This document shows, in pieces, positions 1 to 13,700 of a stretch of 64,000 nt of DNA. Within the stretch, counting starts at the first letter, position 1. Every line of letters starts with the position of its first letter. The notes below the pieces were generated by a model. It did no database searches. It saw only the letters and a program-made list of their open reading frames with translations, and was not told the DNA's origin. The stretch is taken from assembly GCA_000165425.1 (NCBI GenBank), contig CT868585.1, forward strand, positions 310,001 to 374,000, in the 5' to 3' direction. The position numbers and the translations under genes are program-made. Source of the DNA: Paramecium tetraurelia. Its lineage: Eukaryota.

Positions 1-1075
<1,075 letters not shown>

Positions 1076-1095
1076 TTTATTTTAATTAATATAAC

Positions 1096-4065
1096 ATGGA
1101 TCTGAGTTCCTAACTAAATTAGATGAAATTTATAAAAGGTCTTGATTTTCGCAAGAATCTCATAGACAACGGACATCTGGGTCAAGGCAACAACATGGTA
1201 TACAATGTTTCACTCAACGGAAAAATGTATGCATTAAAAGTAAAGCATTCTTATTTACTAAGTAAGTAATAGTGAATTCCTCCTATATTGAAAATGAGAT
1301 CAAAATCATGTAATCATTAGCCAACTCTCCGTATGTGATCAATCTCATTGATTATATGATATTAGAAACAGTCTCTCAAGACAAATACACTTAAAGTCAG
1401 TAATTTGCATATTTGCTCATGGAAAAGGGCTAGCAGAATCTAGAGTAATATCTTAAATAAAGAGAGCAGTAATATCTAGATGTCGAAGAATTGCATAGAA
1501 TTTTGGAATAATTAATAAATATATTTGAAGATCTCCAACAAAAAAACATAGCTCATAGAGATATAAAATTAGTTAACATTCTAATCATGGAACCCTTTCA
1601 ACTCAAAGCTTGCGACGTTGGCTGCAGTTCTCAAGTGGATAGCATTTAAACTATCAGTGTTGTCGGAACAAAGTCCTACTTAGCCCCTGAGTTATTGAAT
1701 GCAGAAACGAATCGACTTAAGCACAATCCCTTTAAAAGCGATGTCTACTCTTTGGGATTGTGCTTTCTCTATTTAGTTACTCTATAATTATGGAATTCAA
1801 GACAGATTGTTGGTTCTAAGATTGAAGAGGAAATAATGGCAGATTATTTAAAACACGTTAAAAGAATCACTGCTGATGACAATATCATCACTTCAATCCT
1901 CAAAAAGATGCTCTAAATCAATCCAAACAACCGACCTGATTTTATAGAGCTCAAGCAGATCTATACACAAGCGAAAGAATCTCAAAATCAGTTGATTAAT
2001 TTATCAAAAGGAACAACGTTTGAATCTTTTGAATCACCCAAGAAATCCCCTTTGTAATTTGATTATCTTTCACCTGATGTCGTAATCAATAGAAGCAGAA
2101 ATTCAGGATCCAACTTTTACAAGGAGGAAAGATAAAAGTCAGTCAAAAATCTACCTTCCAATTTGAGTAACTCGAAGAAATAAAAATCTTAAGCCAATCT
2201 ATTATCAGAATCAACAAAAAAGCTATAAGTTGTCAAATCATCAAAAAATGCTTCCACTTCCAACTTACACCTAAAGGATGCATAGTATTTTAATAAACCT
2301 CCTACGCCAAATCCAATCAAACTTACTTAATCTGCTAAGGCGAAATCCTTCTAAGATTCTGCATCCCCTATTCAAACTCAGAGTAATTTCTAGCAACGAC
2401 AGTTCTCTAAGTTCCACCAATCTGTTATAGAGAACAAAAAGATTCATACTGAGAGTTTTTCTTAGACTATGCCGGCAATTCAAACGAGCATGCTGGCTGA
2501 TGTAAAGCCTTTTGATGATTTCTTATATTGCGATTATGAAGACCTTACTAATTTATACCAATTTTAAAATTATGTTTGCCTTTATTAAAATGGATAAAAA
2601 TCAAATAAAACAAAATGCTTATTGCCTAACAGTTGTAAATTGTTAAATTTATAACTCAATAATTCAACTCCAGAACTTCATTTATCTCCAGTGAATGATA
2701 TACAAATTCTCATTCTTGAATTAATTGATGATTCCAATTAACAAGCTCTTATTTATAGGTGGCCTGAAAATCTTGGTTCTATGTGCTTTTAAGCTATAAC
2801 ATCTCTTGAAATTATTGTTAATACTCAATAACCTTAAACTAATAATATTATATAATTTCTTACTAAAATATAGCATATTCCTAAAATTAAATTGATCTAT
2901 CGATCTGAAATATCAGAATAGGATCATAGAACCATTATTTGGAAATTAAGCAGATATAACTGCACTTCCTTTGATTTCAGAATACCTAATATTAAGTTGA
3001 ACTTAACCCAAATCTCCTAATCCTGGTAGTTTAATCAATCTCTGGAAGAGCTGGCACTAGATTACGAAGATTGTGACATCCATTCGACTTTTTCATTCCT
3101 CGTCACATCAATAAGAACAGTAGTATTCAAGAAGTTCTACATTAACTTAACAAAACTGCAATCCAAAAACACAGAAATAAGTTTGCTTCTTGAATATTTG
3201 GGATCCAAACATTAAATGAGAGACCTAACCTTAATTATGAATTACATTACCAACTATGATAAAATGGTATAAGACAAACTCAAGCTTAATATATCCAAAC
3301 TTAAAAATTTGGAAAAGCTCCAACTATCAATAATTGGAAATAATGTTAATTTTGATTTCATTGAAAAACTCTTTACTATTTTTGAACAACTCAAAGAACT
3401 GAAGATGGTGATATTGAAGTTTGACAGAGTATTTGAAAAATAAAAAATTAGAGAACTTAAAATGGCACTCCCCTATTTGCAACCTTATGTGTTATAGTTT
3501 TATGGTACAAATAACACATTAACAATCATAATGCATAATAATGATTTGTAAAAATTATAAGATTATGGAACCACAAAATGTAATTAGGGAAAACTGGTCA
3601 AATTGAGTTAGATGTATGAGTGCATTAAGTGTTCTAAAGCTCACTCTTTCTTTTTAAAACATCAATTTCAGATATGTAGTACATGTGTAACAAATTGCCA
3701 TTCTAAATGCGACAACTTTAACTTGAACAATACTGAAGCAATAACAGTGAGTTCGGATTCTTTAACCCAGTGCTAAAATATCCTAAATACTATTAAGAAG
3801 AATCACACTTTCATTGAATCAAATGACACAAGAGATTTTAAATGTTACTGTAACTTATTGGGTAATTGTACATAAGCAATTTGCAATAAGGATAGAAATA
3901 GATACGAGATTTAGTTTAAGTATTCTTTATTAGTATTTTAGATGCAAATCATGCAACAAAGTACTGTGTCGAATGTGTTCTTCTGATTGTCATTCTTGTC
4001 ATATCAATAAAGAAATGTATATAAATAACTTTAGATGTGAATGTGATTGCGATAAACATATATGA
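1096..4065 (+). CDS. Ser/Thr protein kinase with central LRR-like region and two C-terminal UBR-box-like Cys/His fingers
   Basis: Kinase motifs YALK, HRDIKLVNIL, ACDVG, GTKSYLAPE, KSDVYSLG. LRR-like segments such as LEELALD, LRDLTLI and LKNLEKLQLSI. C-terminus has YECIKC..CSTCVTNCH..FKCYC and CKSC..CRMCSSDCH.CH..FRCECDC. Tiny introns near 1240 and 3920. Confidence 0.85.
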
Positions 4066-4089
4066 AATAATACATAAATGTAATTAATT

Positions 4090-5775
4090 TCATATTAAAT
4101 TAAATCCAATTAAATATCTTTTGGATAGAACCTAAGTAAGTTCTTTTGAAGAGCATATTTTTTTAATTGTACTATTGGTCACTTAATTGTAGATTTCTAA
4201 CATACAAGGTCTAAGAATAATTAATAATTTGTACTCAATAATGATTTGTAAGTCTTTATTATTAATTTCGATTTCTTTAATTTGTGAACTCAAAATACCG
4301 TTATTAATTTGTTCTTCAGTTATCTCCAAAGGTTATTCTGTTACGTCTGGTAAATTTAATTTTATAGTTGTCCCCTTTTTAAAGTCCTTGTAATCAAAGG
4401 CCTCTGGGGGCATGTCAAAATTGAGGACAACATATAAATCAAGTATTTGTTGCATTGTGTAAATATTCAATTAAACAAAGATTGAATCTAATTCTCTGAG
4501 AGATGGAGAGTACATTTTAATTATTTTTTGTGAATTTTTCTCTCTTAATAGGATTTGAATTGGCAAAAAGTCGCATGTATAAAAATTATTTTCAAAAGTT
4601 ACAACTTTCTTTATCAATTTCTTTTATAAAATCTTATCTGGAAATTCATGTTTTTCTATGAGAATTCATTTAATATAATTTACCTCCAATGATCAGGATG
4701 GCTAATTCTTTATGAACTGGTAACCCAGTCTAAATTATAGTTGATACAGGATTATCTTAAGTCTTAGTCAATTATTCCATTTGAATGTCTGCTTGCGATG
4801 TTTGCTGTAAAAACTGAGGCTCATTTAGCTCTTTCAAAATGAGTCCATCATCAACTTTACTTTGGATATACAATTGGAGTTTTTATTGATCAAATTACGC
4901 AACGAATGATTGCATATCAAAGAAATTATTCTTAACAACATCATAGAGTTGTTGTGGGGACAATTCGATGGGTCTAGCTATGTTAGTATTCTTATTGATA
5001 TAATTGAACTATTGGAAAATAAATTCTAAAGAATCCTTAACCGGATTAATTCTTGATCACAACCACATTGGTCTGAAATTCCTCCTTCTGAAAATGATTA
5101 ACCTTTTAGATCAATCTACTCACGCCCTTTTTTATTTCAATGATACAGTATTTCTCTCCAATAATTGTAAGTTGTTTTAGAAGAAATCCAAGGGATCTGG
5201 ATGAGTATTAAGTATGGCTAAGGCCATTGAAAATGATAATTATAGAGGCTTGGTCGATTTCTTGTTGACTTCACCTTCGAATTCCCTTATCCACTCTATT
5301 TCGAAAGATTTTATTAAAGCAAGTATGGGCATCTTTTGATATTTGTAAATTTTCTTGTGATATGTCCTCTCATCTTTTGGGATAGATTCTACTTCTTCTA
5401 CATCAGTAACTTCAGTGACGACCTTCCTATGCAAAGGTTCTAAACGTGCAGTAGAATGACCAAATTTTTGAAAACGATGAAATTTAGACAAATCCTAAAA
5501 GCCTCCTATCACAAGCAGCTCCAAAGTGTCTAGAACTAAAATCCAGACTACAAAAAAGTCCTTCTATAAATTTTCTGTTTACTTTGGACGACTTATTACT
5601 TAGACTTTGGAGTCTACTGTACGATGGAACTTCTTTCAATAAGTGGCATCTTGCTTTCATTGTAACTGATTTTGCTTCGAGTATTCCTGAGATACGCAGG
5701 TTCAAGCAATTTGTGTTGAGTAGTCATAAATTTAGGGAGAATGTCGAATTTTGTATGACTATTGTTGTTGTTCAT
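4090..5775 (-). CDS. Hypothetical protein
   Basis: ATG at 5775 (MNNNNSHTKF). Open under table 6 once several 20-26 nt introns are removed; ends KRYLIGFNLI-TGA. Internal exon boundaries are uncertain. Confidence 0.65.
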
Positions 5776-5786
5776 TAATATAATAA

Positions 5787-8190
5787 TCAAGGAATAATGC
5801 CATTTGTCAATTTTTAAAAATCGTCATAATATTTTGTATATCTATTGTTGGCACTTTGGGTAACTAATTTATGTACATGCTCCTCAAGTTGTTGTTCGTT
5901 AAGTTCTAATTTGAATCTAGATCTTTGAAGGCTTTCATATCAAACTTTTCCAAGCAGGGCAGTTCATTATCGATTTTCATGGCTTCCAAAATGAAGGCGA
6001 ATTTGTCGACATTCTTTCTTAATTCCAAATAGCCTAACAATAACTTGCTTTTGAATAGTTGAAACATGCAACTCTCTTATCCATCAAGCAATTCAATGTA
6101 TTCTTTTGTTAATTTGAATGGGGCTGATTCAAATTTAATCCCTCCAGGAGCAATAGTCAAGATGAATCCGAAATCTATATGTATTATATGGCCTTGGTTG
6201 TCAATTAGGATGTTCCCATTGTGTCTATCTTTGATCTAGAAGAGGTATTGCAGTAAACTGTAGGAGGCTAAACTTAATATGAAATTGAGTTAAGCTTCTT
6301 CAAAGTTGTCTCCGAAGATGCTATTGTAAATTTCCCTTAGATTCATGGAAGGCATGGTCTTTTTCAATTGATCCATGGACAAGGTATCATTGCAGAATTC
6401 TAATATTCCTGAGTCGACTGAAGTAATGATGATATCGTAGGATTTCACATAGAGTCCAACTTGGGTTAAGATCTAAGGGAGTATAATTGAAATGAGTACA
6501 TCTTCAGAAACTTTAATGATTTGCATCATCATTTGTTCTTGCCTCAAATCATCTCCTCCTTTGATCAACAAACTTCTCAAACAATAGGAATTGAATTGAC
6601 CATAAGGAGAGAGAGATTGGATGACTTGTCTTTTATCGTCCCATTGTTGGTCACTAAATGGGCCACTTTTCAAGTCATTCTAGGAAGGAGACTGCACTTA
6701 TTGTATTACTTATTGTTAGCCAAAGTTCTTGGAATCATTTAACTATTTCTAAATTTTCTCAATTGTTCCCTTCTTATTAGGATACTCTGAAAGATTGAAT
6801 ACTAAATAGAATACCATTCGCAATTTAATCAAGAAATGTAATGTTGTCTAATTCTTTGTCGCTATGTTTTAATTTCTCTTCCTATTTAAACAGATCCTTA
6901 AAGTCCTTCTCGTATAATTATTTATTAGTATATGATTGGATTTGATCAATGCAACTTCTTCGACGTACAATTAACTCCTTTTTGAGAGGAGGAAATTGCT
7001 AATCAAATCTCTTTTTATCTTAATGGAGAATTTATTACCTAGCTAACTAAATAAAAAAACCTAATTCAATACCTTATCTTTATTCTCCTACAAGAAGTCT
7101 TCAAAGACAGTGTAATCAAATTGATGCATGACATCAAATTCCAAAAAGGCTTAGGAATCTACTGACAATGGCTTTTGGAGAGTGATAAGTTATTGTTCGC
7201 GTTATTCATACTCGTCCATATCTACAGTTTCAACTACCAACTTATATGGTACTCTCTTCTTGGTATTAAATGATTGGGCTTCAGTGTCAATAATGCGAAC
7301 AACCATCTATGATCTGCCTTTAAACGGCAGGATAATTCCTTTGCAGTATTTGATGCCAGGATTATTACGACGAAAACACTCCAAAGCCCTATTTGCTTTT
7401 ATAAGATTTCGTCTCAAATATAGTTGTCTCTCATTCAGAGGCACATTCTTAAGATGTAATGATAAAACAGTCAAACAAGTCACAAATCTATGAATAGAAT
7501 TCACATAATTTGATCTGCTCTCCTTTTCTAGAAATTGATTCTCTGAAATTTGATTTACCATAGCTTCTTCTATTTTTTAATCAAATACAGCCACACTATT
7601 TTCAGCCATCTGTCTCTCTTTATAAGTATAAGCCTCATAAGACCATTTGATCTAGTGATGAGAAATTTGAAAATACTATCTCATAAAATGCTATATGTTC
7701 TGCACACTTCTTCAATAAATACTCACCAAGTTGGGGCCATCTTTTTCTTGTGAATATATAGCTAACTATATGAAATCAAATCAATACACCAATCCTGATA
7801 AGTATGTGCTAGTTTCCTCATAATTCAATTAGTCCAGTCTTTCTAAAAATTCCTTCAGGGTTGATTCTTAAACATCCTTACATATGATCTTCCTAAAGGA
7901 TTCGTCGATGCTTTTCTAATTACTTTATTTCATTAATTTAATCTTATAAAATTAAATGCTCCTATTTTTGATAGCTCTTTATTCTATCTCAGTGAAAGAG
8001 TGATCTGTTTGGATCAATGAGTCATAATCTTTGTGTTTAAGGGCTTCAAAGCTATGAACATATATAACATACTCTACCTAGTTATTATCAATAGAAATGG
8101 CTATCCTAGAATATTGTTAAATACTAATGTAGATCTAAGCAGTTGATTCTCGTTATATTGTATAAAAATGATATATGATTATTATATTCA
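5787..8190 (-). CDS. Phosphatidylinositol 4-kinase (type III beta-like); start codon unresolved (first in-frame ATG 7933, but the frame stays open to about 8190)
   Basis: FNTKKRVPYKLVVE, IKGGDDLRQE, ASYSLLQYLFQIKDRHNGNILID, HIDFGFIL, FESAPFKLT, C-terminal YYDDFQKLTNGIIP-TGA. Confidence 0.9.
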
Positions 8191-8431
8191 ATCACTCCTG
8201 TGGAAATTGCGAGTTGCATTAAAATCTGATAATTGTGGAGAATCATTTGAACCAACTAAGAGGGTGTTTATATCAATAAATGAATCAGTGGAGAAGGTAT
8301 TGTAATAATCTGAATGGTTAAAGTAAATCAATCAACAATCATGTTATTGGTAGTTAATATGAGTCTTTCATTTAATATACGAAATCATTTTCTATAACTA
8401 TTGTCAAAAAGTGAAATATTTTATTAATTTT

Positions 8432-10413
8432 ATGTCAAAAAAGAGATTGGATCGTTTGGATGCTGGATAATGTTCTACTGATCGTAGTCATCATAAAAAT
8501 AACAACAGTACTGATCTCAATTTTGTAAATCCGTTATTTAATCTTATTGTAGACTCTCCATTAGAGATTGAATAGCAATGTTGATGAGTAACTACAATCC
8601 AAAATTACATTCTTTTCTAAATTCAAACAAAAAGACATGCCTCAAGTCAATGATTCTCTGTAGGGGATGGCTCAAACCTTATCTAAAGTCTCATTTAATG
8701 AAATTCAGCATCATCAATTACAAAGAGAATATGAGAAGATCAAAACCGAATTAGCTTAATTTAGAGCTTAACAAATCAAATTATATTCCACAATCACTAA
8801 ATTGTAAAAAGACAATCAAACCCTTATGGAGAAGTTAAAGTTTTATGACGAAGAAAAACTTAATTTATAAAGAAAAATTTAAATTGAACAGAAGTAAAAC
8901 GAAGAATTAACCAAAAAACTTAAAAGATCTGAACAGCGAATCTAAATTATTCTGGAATCAAACATCATCTTCCAAAAAGATCAAATTAAAACCACACTCT
9001 TAGACACCCTACACGAAAATGAGCATTACAAAATGGAAGCCATTCAAAAGCAAAAAGATTTACAGAAGTATTATATGATAATCAATCATAGACTCTAAAT
9101 TAATAATAGTAATCTTAACCATAAATTAAATCGACTCACAAATCGAATCGTTGCAGCTCAAAGACACCAAACAGAATCCGAATTCATTGATCAAGATAAA
9201 ATGGTTATCACTTTCACTGAAATCCCAACAAACTTTATCTTCAGACACATCTTCCAAAATATAGAATGCAAATAATTCATATCAACATCGCTTGAATAAA
9301 CCCCAGAATAATTTGGCTCCCACTTCAATCTTATACCTTAGGATCAAAAGAAAATCCATTTAATTTGGCTATTTAATCATATGGTGAATTATCGTGAATT
9401 CAGTTAACAGCATAACAATTTTATAATTAAATTGACTGAATTGATAGTGATTAAGTATTAATACTAAAAATTATCACTAGAACTTATCCAGAATTATATT
9501 CCTTCATCTAAAACATTTCCTAGTTTTTAAAAGTATAAAGACTAACACTTTGGCTTAGAGATTATTGGACTGGTTTTTTTGAGACAATACAAGAAGGTCA
9601 GTCCTAAAAAATCATCTGTTCGAAAGGGTCATTTAAAGATTGCTTAGAATAAAGAGAGGCTGTCAATAGTAAAATAATTTTTCAACATTAGAACTCACTG
9701 CACAAAGACATCTCCTATATCAAGATAGCAAGGGAGATGATATATATCAAGAGAACACATACCTATACCCCTTAATCACAGATACTGTTCTACCTGCTGG
9801 CCTTTTAGAAGTGTTCCAACCAACACAAAATAACTCCTATTCAGATATCCAATACTTTACTGCTTTACTAGGTACTTTTGTAAAAATTGTGGTGTAAAAA
9901 ATTGAAAATGAAATTGTGATGCAAAATGTTGCCAAACAAAAAGACATTTTAATAAGTCAATTCCTATGCTTGATGTAGTCAAATGACAAGCTATAATTCA
10001 CAAACTCAGTAAAGGAAATGCAATCTAAACTCTTACAAATTTCAACATGTGAAATTATCTTTATAGAAAATAATCAAATGTTCAAATATGATCGTTAAGG
10101 TTTATAATCTATTAGCTGCATTGCAGGAGTATGTGGACAGATTGCTTAAAATTAAAAACCTGCCTTCTTTTCCAATCTCACAAAATAAGTACATTATAAT
10201 CAATTGATTGATATGTATACACTTGCTCCAGTGTATATCTATCCAATCGTATAGGATAATGAATGCAAAGCAGTTATTGAATTAACATTGACTAATAAAC
10301 AAATTGATCGTCATCGTTTTAGAGATCCATTGACTAGTTTGAACTAATAATCTAATTAAGCTCGGATGTTTTGTGAATGTGTGCAAACAGCCTATCTATG
10401 CAAATTTAATTGA
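8432..10413 (+). CDS. Coiled-coil protein with C-terminal GAF-like domain(s)
   Basis: Continuous frame after four tiny introns. N-terminal heptad-rich region, then GVCGQIAQNQKPAFFSN..YNQLIDMYTLAPVYIYPIVQDNECKAVIEL, which resembles a GAF domain. Confidence 0.75.
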
Positions 10414-10739
10414 CTAAATTGATTAAATGTTTTATAATTAAGTCTGTAGTCTTAAAATAGAGACTATAATAATCTAAATTTAATATTCATGACTGTAAAA
10501 AAATAATTCAGAAAAATCTCTTATTATTTTTGAAGCAATAAATAAACTAATTATTATAATTGACAGAATTAATATATTCTAAAATATGATGATTGGGGAA
10601 CATACTAAAGTCTGAGAATTTTCGATAATCTTTGTTGTTTAATTCAAGAAGCTTAATAGATTCTATATTTAGTTTTGATTCCTAAGTAGGATTAATGAAT
10701 GTCATAAATGAAAAATGGCCTTTGAATTATTGATTAAAT

Positions 10740-13700
10740 ATGATATATAATTAAAATTAAACTAGTTTCACGTAATAATGGATCTAGATGATGATTATTT
10801 TGAAGCATTAGACATTCACATCCAAATGGTTATCATTACTAATGTAATTAATTATGCTAATGCAACCACTTTTTATGATAATTGAAAATGGATTAGAAGA
10901 GTGGAATCCTGATTATTCTTTTTTGCATCTAATTACCTTATTAATATTCAGATAAGACGTGCTCCTTTTAGATTATGACATTGCATTTACGAGAGTATAT
11001 TTAGTAGTTTTGGTGACATTTACAATTCAAAAAGCATGGTAATTTACCATTACTTACATGCTATATCGAATAAAGGAACGTGAGCGGTAATTTTAGAAGA
11101 TGGAAGAGTGTTCTCCTTTGAGAATTTCATTGATGATATTGGCGATATATACATAATTTTCAATGACAATATTGCACTTGATATTTTCAACCCTTTGTAT
11201 AATTAGCTTTGCTTTTTGTATTTAAGATGGATAGGAATACGTTCATCTAATTTTATCCTTACTGACATATATTCTTTGGTAGGCTGATTATTTAATTACA
11301 TATACTATCTCCAGTACATCTCTAACCTTTAAGCACAATTATTTGGATGTCTCATAAACTACCCTATTCACTTATCTAGCCTATCTTTTCCAGTAATTGC
11401 AAATTATAATCTATTGTATTTTACAGAACCAAAGCAGTGTGAGGTTGTGCAACATTGTACTGTTATTATTGGAAGTGCTGTCATCCTTAGTAAATTAATT
11501 TTTATTTTAAACCTACATCTTCAAAGAATCACGCCAAGTATTATATTTCACTTGTTCCCTCAAATTTGTTCTAAGCTTTTACTATTTAGGTAGATCAATC
11601 GAATCAAAGTAAATGTTTGAATATTTGATAATTCCATTGTTGTTGCTCCCAATAATGTATTACGGATTAATCTCAGTTGATACTAAACTTCATTATGAGG
11701 CCTTTGTAAATATCTTCAAAGAAGAACCAAATCTCAATAAACTTGTCTATCAATTGAAACTTATCCTGAATCAATGTGATATTGAGAAATAAATGATTCC
11801 CCTAAAATCATCCTTAATCAATAAATCGCATCGGAAGATATGTCATAATCCATCATGCATATGTTCAAATAAAATATTCATCTCTGAAATTTCATAGGCA
11901 AATGCCATAACCTAAGCTATTTTAAAGTAATTTATTTTTAACAAAATTTCATTCATATTATATTCTAAAGAAGCCTAGAAAAGTCATTAGTACAATTAAT
12001 TAATAGTTGTACAAACCTTATTGCTATATGACTTTGGTTGGCTAACGGATTCCATTAAAAATCTAACTTAACTATTGAATTGCCAAACAAATAATCAGAA
12101 CTTCGTTATTAGAAAGGAAATATAAAAAAAAATTGCTTATGATGAATCTTGTAATGAAACATCAACAAAGAAAGATAAATCTGATGAACATTAAACATAA
12201 TTTATTAGATTGAAAATCCAGATCAGTTTAATTGATTAATGCAGAATAAACTATATTCTGTATTTAGCCAAGTCTAAACTAAAATCTTATCTTGGTACCT
12301 CAATGCATGCTTATTAATAACTAATGGTAACAGATTTTATTCAATCGTTCCTCACTTATGATTAATCTCTCAAATAAATACAGTAATAGACTGTGGAAGC
12401 TATTAATGATAAAATCGAGTTTTATTACAAAATAATAAAGGATGAGAAGTAAAATTTAAATTTATTGGGAAAGTGTACCAAAGAAATATGCTTTAAGCTT
12501 AATAAATTGAAGAAACTACTTAAATAAATATATGCAGCATACCCGTGTTCCAGTATCTAAAGATGTATATGTTTTTTTCAATGCGAATTATTAAACAATT
12601 ATTACGAAGCTAATAAAACATCAACACTTACGTCGATGCAGGATGACAAAATGTTTAGGAATAAGAAAATCACTAATTATGATATTTAAGTTGATCAAAC
12701 CGCCTATGCCATACTCTCCATCAAGGGAGAATTAGATGATTTCCATATAGAATAGGTGTCCTCATACTTTTTGAAATTGATTGGCAAAGCCTCAAGTAAG
12801 GATATCCATTTTTTTTAACTATTACCTCGTTTTATGAAGAATTGGCATCCCTCATTCATTCATAATTTCTTTAATGATGGATAATCCAGATATTATAAGA
12901 GTTTCAATCAAAGCTTTATTTCCACAAATACTGGATTACTTAAGACTGTTTATTTATGCTATGATATCACTAAGATTTTATCGAATCAAAACCTTGTATT
13001 CGCAGCTTTTCTATAAGAATTACCTGATTAGAAGTGTTTTTTATTATCATATGGAACGAATTAGAGATTGACATTTTCTGAGAACTTCTTTAAAAAGATA
13101 GGATTTCATCAAAAACTAATCCTTGGACTCCCTCAAGTATTGACAATAGTTAATGGACTCTATTTATAATACTTAATACCTTCATTTCCATAAGGAGATG
13201 TAGAGAGTGATACATTTTAATTAAATACTGAGATGAGATTTTTGGATGACAAGCATTTGAAAGAGGTATAAAATGAGGGAGTTGATTTGGGAATGTACAT
13301 TTTGGATCCAAAATAATGGTAAAAGGAAGATTAAGTTTAATTTTATTCTGTCTCCATTATTGTAACTAAACGTTATGTGGCTTAATAATCATACTTATTA
13401 ATTGAATTTTCAACTATTTCGAAAATAACTAAAAACCCAACTGAAAATTCCAAATTCTAAACTATATAAAATAATGACATAACATCACTGTAATCCTAAG
13501 AAGCTGAATTCATTAATGATAGTTTTGCATCACTGATGAACTTGAGTGATGAAGCTGAACCAAAAAAAGTTAACATTTTTGATGTCAGAATGAAAGAGTT
13601 TCTATAGAATGAATTACAAGAGGAGGATGCTGCAAATATAGTGTCATACAGGAAAGATGAATTTCAGAATAATGTATTTCCATAGAGTCATAGATTACTG

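Noticed and set aside
5050..5125. Two apparent in-frame TGAs and frame changes in the 4090-5775 gene, suggesting a pseudogene or recoding
   Set aside because: They can be resolved by plausible 20-nt and 25-nt GT-AG introns, plus a 26-nt one near 5595-5620, so no anomaly is required.
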